A DNA stretch of 64,000 nt from Thermoplasmata archaeon (GTDB lineage: Archaea > Thermoplasmatota > Thermoplasmata > Lutacidiplasmatales > UBA184): NCBI GenBank assembly GCA_052325545.1, contig JBKQUP010000028.1, positions 7,166 through 71,165 of the forward strand, given 5' to 3'. Position 1 is the first letter of the stretch, and every line of letters starts with the position of its first letter. The notes under the pieces are model-generated. The model was not told where the DNA came from, did not search any database, and worked only from the letters and a program-made list of their open reading frames with translations. Of this stretch, positions 17,243-26,670 are shown in pieces. A program made the translations under genes and the position numbers.

Positions 17243-19624
17243 ATGGCGGCCGAAGCCGGGTCCGCTCGCCCGTTCGTCGGCCGGGTCGAGACGGTCGAAG
17301 CGCTCCACCGTCGGTTCGAGGACGCACGGGCGGGCACGGGCGGAGTGACCCTCCTCGTGGGGGGTACGGGGGTCGGGAAGTCGGCCCTGGTCGCAGAGCT
17401 CGTCCGGGACATTCGAGCCCGGGGGGTCCGTGTGCTGCTCGGCCGGGCCCTCGCGCTGGATGACCCGCCTCCGTTCTCCCTGATCCGCTCCGTCATCCAG
17501 AGCGCGCATGACGACCCAACGCTCCAGTCCACCGAGCCCCCCTTGCTCGGCGGAGACCAGTTCCTGATCGGGTTCGCTCCCCGCCTCGGCGAACCGGCCT
17601 ACCCCTCGCCCACCGGTATGGAAGAGCGCCTGCTCGAGGTCCTGGGCGAGACCGAGGAGCGCGGCGAGTCCTCCCGGGAGCGGGTCTGGACGGGGATCGC
17701 CGAACAGTTCCTCGAGTTCACCCGCCACGGGCCGACGGTGCTCATCCTCGAGGACCTTCACCGCGCGGACGAGTCGTCGCTCGCCGCAATCGAGTTCCTT
17801 GCGAACCAGCTGCAGAACCGACCCCTCTGGATCTTGGCGACCAGCCGCCCGTACGTGTCGCTCACGGAATCGGGACGCGCCCGGCTCGAGGGGTTCGAGA
17901 GTTCCACCCACGCCCGACGCATCGTCCTCCGTCCGATGACGTCGGGAGAGGTCGCCGACTACCTGCGGATGAGCGACCCGTCCCGGGAGTTCTCTCCCGA
18001 GGAGGTCGCGCGGCGCTACTCCGAGACCGGCGGGAACCCGCTCCTCCTCCAACAGCTCGACCGCCGGATCTCGGTCTCCGAAGCCGGGGGCCGGTCGGAG
18101 GCGGCCCTTCCGCCCCTCGACGAGGAGGCCCATCGCACGCTCGACGTCGCGGCGGTGTTAGGACCCGAGTTCTCGTTCGCCATCCTCCTGCGCGCGAGCG
18201 GAGAGGACGAGGAACGCCTTGCGGAGGCCGTCGACCGACTGGTCGGCCAAGGGCTCCTGTACGAGCGACCGGGAGAGCTCCTCGCCTTCCCTGAGGACCG
18301 GCTCCGCGAGGAGGCGTACAGCCGCCTCACCGAGAGCCGACGCCGCCTCCTCCACCGGCGGGCCGGGGAGGCCCTCGAGGCGATGGGGAGCGCGGACCTC
18401 ACGACGATCTACGCGCTCGCGCGTCACTTCTACCTGGGCCGCCAGGACGAGAAATCGGTCCAGTACAACCGCATCGCGGCCGAGATCGCCGACCGGGCGT
18501 TCGCGCCCGACGTGGCTCGCGACCACCTCGCCCGAGCGCTCGAGAGCCAGCGCGACCTGAACCCGGACGACCGCGACGGAGAGTCGGAGCTCGTGCTCGA
18601 GCTCGCGCGAACGACCAACGAGCTCGGCCGCCTGCAAGAGGCGGAAGGGATCCTCCGCGACTTCCTCGATCGGGGGAAGGACGACGCCCGCCTCTCCCCG
18701 CGCAGCCGGGCGACCCTCGAGATCTACCTCGCCCGGGTCCTGAGCGACCGCGGGGACTGGCGCGCCGCGTCCGAGGTCGCGGAGAAGGTGCTCTCCTCCC
18801 CGGGACTCGAAGGCCAGCTGCTCGTCCAGCTCGGGGCCCACCGGCTGCTCGGCGAGGCGCTCTTCTACGAGGCGCGCTACCCGGAGGCCCTCGCCCAGCA
18901 CGCGGAGGAGATCCGCCTCGCGCGCGAGGCCGGTAACGAGCGCGCGACCGCGCTCGGCCAAGCCCGGCACGCGGGCGTGCTCATGATGATGAGCCAGTCG
19001 GAGACGGCGCTCACCGAGGCGCGGGAGGCCGCGGCCGCGCTCGAACGGGTGGGACCGGCCCGGGAATCGGCCCAGGCGCACCTCTTCCTCGGCGTCCTCA
19101 TCACGAGCATCCCGTCCGAGACCCCACGCCACGAGGAGGCGATCGCGGAGTTCGCGGAGGCGACTCGGCTCGCCGAGAAGGCGCAGGACCCCCGCCGCAT
19201 GGGCTGGGCCCTGTTCAACACCGCGGACATCCTGCGCGACGCAGGGCAGTTCGAGGAAGCCGTCGAGAAGGCGGAGCACGCCCGGGAGATCCTCGAGCGG
19301 ATCGGCGACCGGTTCGGGCTCATCCAGTCGATCATCGTCCGGGGGAAGATCGCGATCGACCGGGGCGAGTACGACCTCGCGGAGGCCGACCTGCTCGAGG
19401 CGTACCGTCTGGTCCGGGACCTGAACGCCCCGGCGGACGAGGTCGACGTGGTCCTTCGACTCGCCCAGCTGTCCTATGCGCGGGGCGACCGCGCGAGCGC
19501 CCGCCGCCGCGTCGCCGAGCTCGAGCGCCGGAACCTTCCCGCCCTCCGGCCCGACGTCACGGAGGACTTCGAGCGCTTGCGGCACGCGCTCGCCGCGGGG
19601 GAGGGCGAGGCCGACGTCCCGTGA
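17243..19624 (+). CDS. STAND-type (AAA_16/MalT-like) ATPase with C-terminal TPR array
   Basis: PFVGR N-terminus, Walker A GGTGVGKS, Walker B LILEDLHRAD, TGGNPLLL, F..DRLREEAY, repeated amphipathic helical pairs. Confidence 0.85.
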   Translation: MAAEAGSARPFVGRVETVEALHRRFEDARAGTGGVTLLVGGTGVGKSALVAELVRDIRARGVRVLLGRALALDDPPPFSLIRSVIQSAHDDPTLQSTEPPLLGGDQFLIGFAPRLGEPAYPSPTGMEERLLEVLGETEERGESSRERVWTGIAEQFLEFTRHGPTVLILEDLHRADESSLAAIEFLANQLQNRPLWILATSRPYVSLTESGRARLEGFESSTHARRIVLRPMTSGEVADYLRMSDPSREFSPEEVARRYSETGGNPLLLQQLDRRISVSEAGGRSEAALPPLDEEAHRTLDVAAVLGPEFSFAILLRASGEDEERLAEAVDRLVGQGLLYERPGELLAFPEDRLREEAYSRLTESRRRLLHRRAGEALEAMGSADLTTIYALARHFYLGRQDEKSVQYNRIAAEIADRAFAPDVARDHLARALESQRDLNPDDRDGESELVLELARTTNELGRLQEAEGILRDFLDRGKDDARLSPRSRATLEIYLARVLSDRGDWRAASEVAEKVLSSPGLEGQLLVQLGAHRLLGEALFYEARYPEALAQHAEEIRLAREAGNERATALGQARHAGVLMMMSQSETALTEAREAAAALERVGPARESAQAHLFLGVLITSIPSETPRHEEAIAEFAEATRLAEKAQDPRRMGWALFNTADILRDAGQFEEAVEKAEHAREILERIGDRFGLIQSIIVRGKIAIDRGEYDLAEADLLEAYRLVRDLNAPADEVDVVLRLAQLSYARGDRASARRRVAELERRNLPALRPDVTEDFERLRHALAAGEGEADVP

Positions 19625-19640
19625 GCTTCCCTCGGCCGAC

Positions 19641-20498
19641 CTGAAGGACCTGGCCCGTCGCGCCCTTCGGGAAGACCGTGCGTCCCATGACCGCACGACG
19701 CGGCTGCTCCTCGTGCATTCGGTCCCGGCGGAGGCCCGCGTCGTCGCGCAAGCGAACGGCGTCCTATCGGGGATGGCGGCCGCGCGGGCGACCGCGCGGG
19801 CCCTGGGACTTACGGTCGTCCGGGCCGTACGGGACGGAGCCCCGGTCCGTCCGGGCACCGTCGTCCTCCGCCTCCGGGGGGACGCGCGACGGATCCTGGC
19901 GGCCGAGCGCACGATCCTCAACTTCCTGATGCACGCGAGCGGGGTCGCGACCGAGACCCGCCGCGCGGTGGAGGGGGCCCGAGGGGCCCGGCGGCCGCTC
20001 GAGGTGTGGGCCACGCGGAAGACGCTGCCCGGCCTCCGAGACCTCGAGAAGGCGGCGGTCGTGCACGGGGGCGGACACCCGCACCGCCGGGACCTCTCGG
20101 ACGCCGTGCTCATCAAGAACAACCATCTCGCGCTCGTGGCGCTGCCGGATGCGGTGGCGCGGGCGCGCGCCCGGGCGCGGCCCGACGAGCCGGTCGAGGT
20201 GGAGGTTCGGACCGCCGCCCAGGCGGTCACGGCGGCGCGCGCGGGCGCGGACGCGCTCCTCCTCGACAACGTCTCCCCCCGGCGGGCCCGGGAGATCGTG
20301 CAGAAGCTCGAGCAGCAGGACCTTCGACGCGGGCGCTGGGTGGAGCTCTCGGGCGGGATCACCCCCGGGCGGGTCCCCCTGTACCGGTCGGTGGGCGCGG
20401 ACGCGGTGAGCCTGGGGGGGCTCACCCACTCGGCGCCGGCCCTCCCGTTCCACCTCATCCTACGGTCCACCCCTCCCTTAAGACGCCGCGCGGTCTAG
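19641..20498 (+). CDS. nadC: Nicotinate-nucleotide pyrophosphorylase (quinolinate phosphoribosyltransferase)
   Basis: AERTILNFLMHASGVAT, TRKTLPGLR, HRRDLSDAVLIKNNH, EVEV, LLLDN, SGGIT. Start codon uncertain (CTG 19641 used). Confidence 0.9.
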   Translation: MKDLARRALREDRASHDRTTRLLLVHSVPAEARVVAQANGVLSGMAAARATARALGLTVVRAVRDGAPVRPGTVVLRLRGDARRILAAERTILNFLMHASGVATETRRAVEGARGARRPLEVWATRKTLPGLRDLEKAAVVHGGGHPHRRDLSDAVLIKNNHLALVALPDAVARARARARPDEPVEVEVRTAAQAVTAARAGADALLLDNVSPRRAREIVQKLEQQDLRRGRWVELSGGITPGRVPLYRSVGADAVSLGGLTHSAPALPFHLILRSTPPLRRRAV

Positions 20499-20513
20499 AA
20501 AATCCGAACGTCG

Positions 20514-21419
20514 ATGAGTCTGGCCGAGGAGATCCTCCGCCTGAAGGAGGAACGGAACGCGGTACTGCTCGCCCACAACTACCAGCGTCCGGAGGTCCAG
20601 GACATCGCCGACTTCGTCGGCGACTCGCTCTACCTCTCTCGGAAGGCGATGGAGTCCGACCGGTCGGTCATCGTGTTCGCCGGGGTTCGGTTCATGGCCG
20701 AGACCGCCAAGATCCTGAACCCGAGCCGGACCGTGCTGCTGCCCGACCTGAAGGCCGGCTGTGGCCTCGCCGACTCGATCACCGCGGAGCAGCTCCGGAC
20801 CTGGAAGAAGGCCCACCCGGGCGCGGTGGTCGTGGCGTACATCAACACCTCGGCCGACGTCAAAGCGGAGGCCGACATCTGCTGCACGAGCTCGAACGCG
20901 GTGAAGGTCGTGGAGCAGGTCGCTCCGGGCCGGGAGATCCTCTTCCTCCCCGACATGTTCCTCGGGGACTACGTGCGTCGGCGGACCGGTCGGGCGATGC
21001 ACCTGTGGGTCGGGGACTGCCCCGTCCACGCGAAGCTTCGTCCCGAGGACCTCGCACGCGCCCGCGCCGACCACCCCCACGCGCCGGTGATCGCTCACCC
21101 GGAGTGCGGATGTGCGACCCAGGCGATGTCGAACGTCGACCAGATCCTCTCGACGGACGGGATGGTACGGTTCGCGGAAGAGACGCACGCGACCGAAGTG
21201 CTCGTAGCGACGGAGGTCGGGATCCTCCACCGCATGTCGAAGCTCAACACGACGACCCGGTTCACCCCGATCGACGCGGGCGCGATATGTCCCTACATGA
21301 AGGAGATCTCGCTCGAGGACGTCCGTGACTCCCTGGCCCTCGACCGATACCGCATCGAAGTACCGAGCGACACGGCGGCGAAGGCGCGCGTCGCGCTCGA
21401 ACGGATGGTCGCGGCCTGA
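20514..21419 (+). CDS. nadA: Quinolinate synthase
   Basis: LAHNYQRPEVQDIADFVGDSL, GVRFMAETAKILNP, AGCGLAD, YINTSADVKA, CPVH, HPEC, CPYMK. Confidence 0.95.
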   Translation: MSLAEEILRLKEERNAVLLAHNYQRPEVQDIADFVGDSLYLSRKAMESDRSVIVFAGVRFMAETAKILNPSRTVLLPDLKAGCGLADSITAEQLRTWKKAHPGAVVVAYINTSADVKAEADICCTSSNAVKVVEQVAPGREILFLPDMFLGDYVRRRTGRAMHLWVGDCPVHAKLRPEDLARARADHPHAPVIAHPECGCATQAMSNVDQILSTDGMVRFAEETHATEVLVATEVGILHRMSKLNTTTRFTPIDAGAICPYMKEISLEDVRDSLALDRYRIEVPSDTAAKARVALERMVAA

Positions 21420-21427
21420 ACGCGCGC

Positions 21428-21793
21428 TCAGAACCTCGGAAAGATCGGCGCGAGTCCGTGCACGTACAGCTCGAAGGCCGCCGCGAGGAGCCCGAACGCC
21501 GAGAGGAAGACGACCCCGATCGCGAGCCAGGACGGTTTGCGGGTCAGGTAGAAGTGCGGGCTGAGCGGGTTCAGCCGGGTCGATAGGAACGACGTCCCCG
21601 AGAAGAACAGGACGACGCCCAGCAACGCCGTGAGCAGGACGGTGAACTGGCTCAGGTACAGGCCCACCAGCACGAGCACGATGGCGACGGGGATCGCGGC
21701 GTTCGAGCGCTTCGTCTCGGTCTCCGCCGCCCGGCTCGGCGGGGGGTTGGTGGGCCGACGGTAGGCCGGTGGGTACGCCCGGGCGTTGGACAC
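21428..21793 (-). CDS. Hypothetical membrane protein (3 TM)
   Basis: Three hydrophobic segments; clean ORF between nadA and a divergent promoter. Confidence 0.65.
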   Translation of the reverse strand: MSNARAYPPAYRRPTNPPPSRAAETETKRSNAAIPVAIVLVLVGLYLSQFTVLLTALLGVVLFFSGTSFLSTRLNPLSPHFYLTRKPSWLAIGVVFLSAFGLLAAAFELYVHGLAPIFPRF

Positions 21794-21897
21794 GCTTGGG
21801 AGGGGCCGGTCGGTCCTAGATGAACCCCACCCTCCAACGGAAACCCCTTCCGGTTGGACCTATACATAAAAAGGGGGGAACCCCCTCTGGCGGCTCG

Positions 21898-22260
21898 GTG
21901 AACGAAAGCCCCCCACGGCGTCCGGCCCCGTCGAGCCCTGCCCGGTCTCAGGCCACACCGTCGGGCTCGGGCTCGCGTCACCTGCCCGAGCCGCCGGCGC
22001 TTCGGATGAACCCCCTCGCGGGAGCCCGGGCCTGCTCGAGCTGCGCCGCCCCGATCCGGGGCGTCTCCGTTCCCCCTCGCTGCTGGGGGTGCGGCCGTCC
22101 CCTGTGCACCGATTGCTACTGGCGCCACGGGTTGACGCCCACGGCGCATCGCTGCACGAGCTGCCTCATGATGGCGAGCGCCTCCTCGCGGGCTTCGATT
22201 TCGGGTGGCCGTTCGACATCCCTTTCCGGTCCGGGGTCGACCCGGACCATGGGGCACTGA
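21898..22260 (+). CDS. Small Cys-rich zinc-finger protein (4 x CxxC)
   Basis: CSSC..CWGC.RPLCTDC..CTSC; TATACATAAAAA at 21861-21872 upstream of GTG 21898 (alternative ATG ~22007). Confidence 0.55.
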   Translation: MNESPPRRPAPSSPARSQATPSGSGSRHLPEPPALRMNPLAGARACSSCAAPIRGVSVPPRCWGCGRPLCTDCYWRHGLTPTAHRCTSCLMMASASSRASISGGRSTSLSGPGSTRTMGH

Positions 22261-23887
22261 TCTCTCCCAGAGGGCGGGCGTTCATCACTCCGTCCGAAGC
22301 CGCGCCGGCGCGCCGGGCGAACCCGAGGGCCACGACCCGCGTCGGGTCGTCCGGGGTCGCCCCCAGGCCCGTCGGCACGTGGACCGCGACCCCCATCTCG
22401 CGGGCCTGTCGGCCGGCGGTCGAGTCGAGTCGCTCGGGACCGGGGCCGACCTCGATCGCGGCGGAGGCCCGTCGTGCCTCCTCGACCCATCCCGCGAGCG
22501 CCGCTGCGTCCGACGCGACGGAAGAGCCCACGTGGACGACGAGGGCCGGAGGAGGGGGAGTTCGCCGGGACCCTGCCCCCTCGGACGGGGCGGCGGTGGG
22601 TCGTATGATGCGATAGTCATACGGGGTCGTTTCGAGCTCCGTCGGCGGCGCTTCTCTCCCCGTCTCGACCGCGCCCATGAGCCGTAGGCCCGGAGGCCGG
22701 AGTTCCGCTAGGCGCGACCGTGTCGCGTCGGGTAGGAGCCAGACGGTACCGTCCGCCCGGACCCCTCCCACGACGACCCCCACGTAGGCGAACCCGCGCG
22801 CCTTGGCCTCGGTGGCGATCCGGTCCACGGTCTCGGGACTTGCGTCCAGGGCGAGGTGGGTGTGCAGGTCCCCCCGAAGGTCGTTCTCGGAGACGAGCGA
22901 GGGAACTTTGCCCCGGGCGGCCACCTCGATCTCGCCCCGGTCCTCCCGCAGCTCGGGCGGGATCCAGGCGAGCCCAAGGGACGCGTAGACCTCCTCCTCG
23001 GTGGACCCGGCGATGCGCTCGTCGCCCCGGAAGACCCCGTATTCGTTGACCTTGAGCCCCCGGTCGCGGGCCCGCGACCGGAGACGCACGTTGTGGTCCT
23101 TCGAGCCCGTGAAGTACTGGAGCGCGGCCCCGAACTCCTCGGGCTTCACGACGCGCAGGTCCACCTGGAGACCGCCCGAGAGCACGACGGTTTCCTTCGT
23201 CTCGCCCCGCATCTTCACCTCGGCGACGAGGGGTTGTGCCGTGAACGTCTCGAACACCTTCCCTGGGTCCTTCGACGTAACGAGGATGTCGAGGTCCCCG
23301 ACCGTCTCGCGCGCCCGACGGAAGCTGCCGGCGACCTCGACCCGGTCCGCGCCGGCGCCTTCCCGGAGCGCGCGCACGATCGAGTGAGCGACCGGGTAGA
23401 CCTCCTCGATGGCGCGTCTCGCGGCTCCGGGGCCGGCCGCCGCGGCTGCGAGGGCCGACCGGATCTGCTCGATCTTCTTCTCCCCGAAGCCCTTCACCCC
23501 GACGAGGCGGCCCGCGGCGATCGCGTCCCGAAGCTCGTTCGGCCCTTCGACGCCGAGCTCGACCCAGAACCGGCGCGCGGTCTTCGGACCGAGCCCGGGG
23601 AGGCGCATCAGCTCGACGAGCCCGGGCGGGACCTCGCGTTTCAACCGCTCGTAGTAGGAAACGGACCCGGTCCGGAGGTACTCCTCGATCTTCTCCGCGA
23701 TCGCCTCCCCGACCCCGGGGATCGCTCGAAGCTCGCGGCGCGCCGCGACCGCGCCTAGGTCCTCGGTCAGGCTCTCGATCGACCGGGCGGCGCGTCGATA
23801 CGCCTCCGGTTTGAACTTCTCCCCGAGAAGGTCGAGGAGGTCGGCGATCGTCCGGAAGGTCTCCGTCGCCTCTGCGTTGGAGGTCAT
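22166..23887 (-). CDS. polX: Family X DNA polymerase with a degenerate PHP domain
   Basis: KPEAYRRAARSI, HhH GVGEAI and GLGPKTA, GSFRRARETVGDLDILVT (DxD), QVDLRV, YFTGSKDHN. PHP retains only DLHTH. Confidence 0.92.
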   Translation of the reverse strand: MTSNAEATETFRTIADLLDLLGEKFKPEAYRRAARSIESLTEDLGAVAARRELRAIPGVGEAIAEKIEEYLRTGSVSYYERLKREVPPGLVELMRLPGLGPKTARRFWVELGVEGPNELRDAIAAGRLVGVKGFGEKKIEQIRSALAAAAAGPGAARRAIEEVYPVAHSIVRALREGAGADRVEVAGSFRRARETVGDLDILVTSKDPGKVFETFTAQPLVAEVKMRGETKETVVLSGGLQVDLRVVKPEEFGAALQYFTGSKDHNVRLRSRARDRGLKVNEYGVFRGDERIAGSTEEEVYASLGLAWIPPELREDRGEIEVAARGKVPSLVSENDLRGDLHTHLALDASPETVDRIATEAKARGFAYVGVVVGGVRADGTVWLLPDATRSRLAELRPPGLRLMGAVETGREAPPTELETTPYDYRIIRPTAAPSEGAGSRRTPPPPALVVHVGSSVASDAAALAGWVEEARRASAAIEVGPGPERLDSTAGRQAREMGVAVHVPTGLGATPDDPTRVVALGFARRAGAASDGVMNARPLGEISAPWSGSTPDRKGMSNGHPKSKPARRRSPS

Positions 23888-23942
23888 CGCCGCTCCTTCC
23901 CGCGCGCGTCCGCTCGGCTCGTCAATGCCCGTCCCGCGCCGC

Positions 23943-24734
23943 TCACGGGGAGAATCCGGCTCCGAGGTCGAGCCACGTGCGCCGGCCGACGGGGCGGAAC
24001 CCCTGTCGTTCGTACAGGCGCCGAGCCTCGAGGCGGTCCTCCCGAACGTACAGGCCGACCCTCGCCCGGGCCTCCCGCGCGCTCGCGATAGCGGCCTCGA
24101 CGAGCATCCCCCCGACCCCTCGGCCCCGGGCGTTCGGGTCGACGTACACCCCGTTGACGATCCATATGTCCGGCAGGCGCACGGCGGCACGGACCGCACC
24201 GAGGAGCTTCCCCTGGTCGAACGCTCCCCAGATCCACTCCTCGCCGGGGTCGAGGGTCGGATACTCGGCCGCCACGGGGTCCGACTGCCGTTCGGCAAAC
24301 ACGACGAGCGCCGGAAGGTCCGAACGTTCGACGCGGCGGACCTCGACCGAGGGGGGGGCTCTCGCGTCCACCCTCGGCTTCGCGAACGGTTCGTTCGCGA
24401 GCATGAGGAGCGTGAACGGCCGCGCCGGGCCCCGGGCGGAGACCACCACGTCTTGGAACATCTCGGGTACGATCGCGACGAGGGGTCGCGGAGGGAGGGC
24501 GTCCCCGAGAATGCGGGCGCGAGGGTCGGCACCGACCCAGTGGACGACGGTCCGAGTGGGATGACCCAGCCAGACGAGGAGGTAGCCGACCGTCTGGTCG
24601 CCGTCACGGGCCGAGACGAAACGGACCCGGCTCGGCTCGTGGTCGAGGTCCCACCGGCCGTAGGCGTGAGCGAAGGGGTCCCGGACCGCGGCGCGGTCGA
24701 GCCACTCCCGGTCGATGGTCGGTCGGAGCTCCAT
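23943..24734 (-). CDS. GNAT family N-acetyltransferase
   Basis: VNGVYVDPNARGRGVGGMLV acetyl-CoA motif, ARRLYERQGF. Confidence 0.85.
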   Translation of the reverse strand: MELRPTIDREWLDRAAVRDPFAHAYGRWDLDHEPSRVRFVSARDGDQTVGYLLVWLGHPTRTVVHWVGADPRARILGDALPPRPLVAIVPEMFQDVVVSARGPARPFTLLMLANEPFAKPRVDARAPPSVEVRRVERSDLPALVVFAERQSDPVAAEYPTLDPGEEWIWGAFDQGKLLGAVRAAVRLPDIWIVNGVYVDPNARGRGVGGMLVEAAIASAREARARVGLYVREDRLEARRLYERQGFRPVGRRTWLDLGAGFSP

Positions 24735-24833
24735 CGCGCAGCTCCGGTAGCCCTATCCCTTCCCACTAGTTAGGAGTGCGGTCTCATCGCCTGCGACGCG
24801 AACGGTAAATGCCGCGCTCGGGTCCGGCGCCGT

Positions 24834-25721
24834 GTGCGGGCCCATCGACCGACCGCCGAGTTTCCCCGTCACCTCGAGGAGCTCTACGCCCGGTTCCCGT
24901 TCGACCGGTCGCTCGCGGACGACCCGATCTCCGAGGTCCGCTCCCGGGCCGTGGACCCTCGGCGTGCCGAGGTCGCAGGGGTCTTCGCGTCGACCCTCGC
25001 CATCGGCAACACCACCGCGATCCGGGGCGCGGTCGTCCGGCTCGCCGAGGCCGCCGGCGGCGACGTGGGGTGGCTCGTTTCCCCGGGCCACGCCCGAGAA
25101 CGGGCCCGACGCTTGGCCTCCTTCCGGCATCGATGGATCCGGGGGGACCAGCTCGACTACCTGGCCCGCGTCCTGGAGGCCTACTACCGACGCTACCCGT
25201 CCCTCGAGTCGGCGTTCGTCGACGGTCTCGCGAACGGAGGTTTCGCGGGCGGTCTGGACGAGCTCTCCCGCGTTCTCCGGGGGGAAGCACTACGCTCGCG
25301 CCTCGGCCCTCCGCCTCGGGGATATCGCGCGCTCTTCCCGAGCCCCCGGGACGCGGCGCAAAGCCCCTGTAAAAGGCTCACGCTGTTCGTTCGGTGGATG
25401 GTACGCGACCGATATCCGGACCTGGGCCTCTGGCGGCGCGTGCCGACCGGGGAGCTCAAGATACCGCTCGACCAGCATGTTCACTGGATCGCTTATCACC
25501 TCGGGCTCACGGGCCGGCGCACACGGTCGTGGGCGGCCGTGGAGGAGGTCAGCGAAGCGTTACGTCGGATCGACCCCCTGGACCCGGCGAAGTACGACTT
25601 CGTCCTCTGTCACACCGGCATCTCCGGGGATTGCCCGAAGGAGCGGGACATCGCCGTCTGCGGTCCCTGCTCGGTGCGACCCGATTGCCGCCTCTGGCGG
25701 GGCCGGACGGTGACGGCGTGA
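24834..25721 (+). CDS. TIGR02757/DUF2400 family protein with C-terminal 4-Cys motif
   Basis: SPCKRLTLFVRWMVR, DLGLW, LKIPLDQHV, LGLTGRR, DPLDPAKYDFVL, then CPKERDIAVCGPCSVRPDC. Start approximate. Confidence 0.8.
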   Translation: MRAHRPTAEFPRHLEELYARFPFDRSLADDPISEVRSRAVDPRRAEVAGVFASTLAIGNTTAIRGAVVRLAEAAGGDVGWLVSPGHARERARRLASFRHRWIRGDQLDYLARVLEAYYRRYPSLESAFVDGLANGGFAGGLDELSRVLRGEALRSRLGPPPRGYRALFPSPRDAAQSPCKRLTLFVRWMVRDRYPDLGLWRRVPTGELKIPLDQHVHWIAYHLGLTGRRTRSWAAVEEVSEALRRIDPLDPAKYDFVLCHTGISGDCPKERDIAVCGPCSVRPDCRLWRGRTVTA

Positions 25722-26125
25722 GCGAACCGACCGCCCCTCTCCTCATGGACCCGGGTCTCCTCGTGCGCTACCGCGCGGCCGGACAAAAGATCGCCTGGCG
25801 AGAGGTACGGACGATAGCCAAGCGTCTCGCCGGACCACGAGCCCGCATCGCCCACCTCCACGACGAGGAGGCGCGGGTCGAGGTGGGGGGCCGAGGGACG
25901 GCCGTCCGCATCACGGTCGATTCCGGCCCGCTGGGGGCCCTCGTGCTGCTCCTCGAGATCGACCGGCGCGGGTCGCCGACCGCGCTCGGCGCTCAGGAGG
26001 CCGGTCGGAACCCCGCCTTTCCCTCGGGCGCGATCGTCGCCGCGTGGGGAGGCGGGACCGTCCCGGAAGACTCGCGACCGGGACTCGACGACCTCGTCGA
26101 GCTCGCGCGCTATGCCCTCGCATAG
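25718..26125 (+). CDS. Hypothetical protein
   Basis: GTGA overlap with the upstream gene; GC3-biased codons; no recognised motif. Confidence 0.55.
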   Translation: MSEPTAPLLMDPGLLVRYRAAGQKIAWREVRTIAKRLAGPRARIAHLHDEEARVEVGGRGTAVRITVDSGPLGALVLLLEIDRRGSPTALGAQEAGRNPAFPSGAIVAAWGGGTVPEDSRPGLDDLVELARYALA

Positions 26126-26146
26126 GCAACGGAATGATTATATTCT

Positions 26147-26173
26147 CTAATTATTCCGATTCCGAATAGTTAG
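26147..26173. promoter_or_regulatory. Probable MarR operator
   Basis: CTAATTATTC-N7-GAATAGTTAG (9/10 inverted repeat) in an AT-rich patch 8 nt upstream of the MarR ATG. Confidence 0.6.
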
Positions 26174-26181
26174 GAAACCTC

Positions 26182-26670
26182 ATGGCCGCCATTTCCCCCC
26201 CGGGTTCCCGAACCGCTCCGCCCACGGACACCGAACAGCTGGTGGTCTGTGTCCACGAGGCGATGGGGTCCGTCCTGCACCGCATCCACCCCGCGCTCGA
26301 GGCCGAAGGGATCTCGTTGGGGCAGTTCTGGGCGCTGCATCTCGTCTCGGGGCTCCGATCGGCATCCGTGAGCACCGTGGCCCGTCACCTCTTCGTCTCG
26401 GCGCCGACCGTGTGCGCGAACGTCGACCAGCTCGAGGCCGCCGGCCTCCTGACCCGACGGCGTTCCGAACGCGACCACCGCGCGGTCGAGCTCCTCCTGA
26501 CGCCGAAAGGCCGCAAGGTCGAGTCGCGGGTCTGGGACCGGATCGGCCAGCTGATGTCCGAAGCGGCCCAGGACCTCCCGCCGGAGGACGTGGCCACCGC
26601 CCTTCGGGTCTTCGTCGCGCTGAACCGTCGGCTCGAGTCCAGCGCCGTCCCCCCACGGGAGCTCTCGTGA
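26182..26670 (+). CDS. MarR family transcriptional regulator
   Basis: GISLGQFWAL..SVSTVARHLFVSAPTV..NVDQLEAAGLL.RRRSERDHRAVELLLTPKG. Confidence 0.92.
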   Translation: MAAISPPGSRTAPPTDTEQLVVCVHEAMGSVLHRIHPALEAEGISLGQFWALHLVSGLRSASVSTVARHLFVSAPTVCANVDQLEAAGLLTRRRSERDHRAVELLLTPKGRKVESRVWDRIGQLMSEAAQDLPPEDVATALRVFVALNRRLESSAVPPRELS

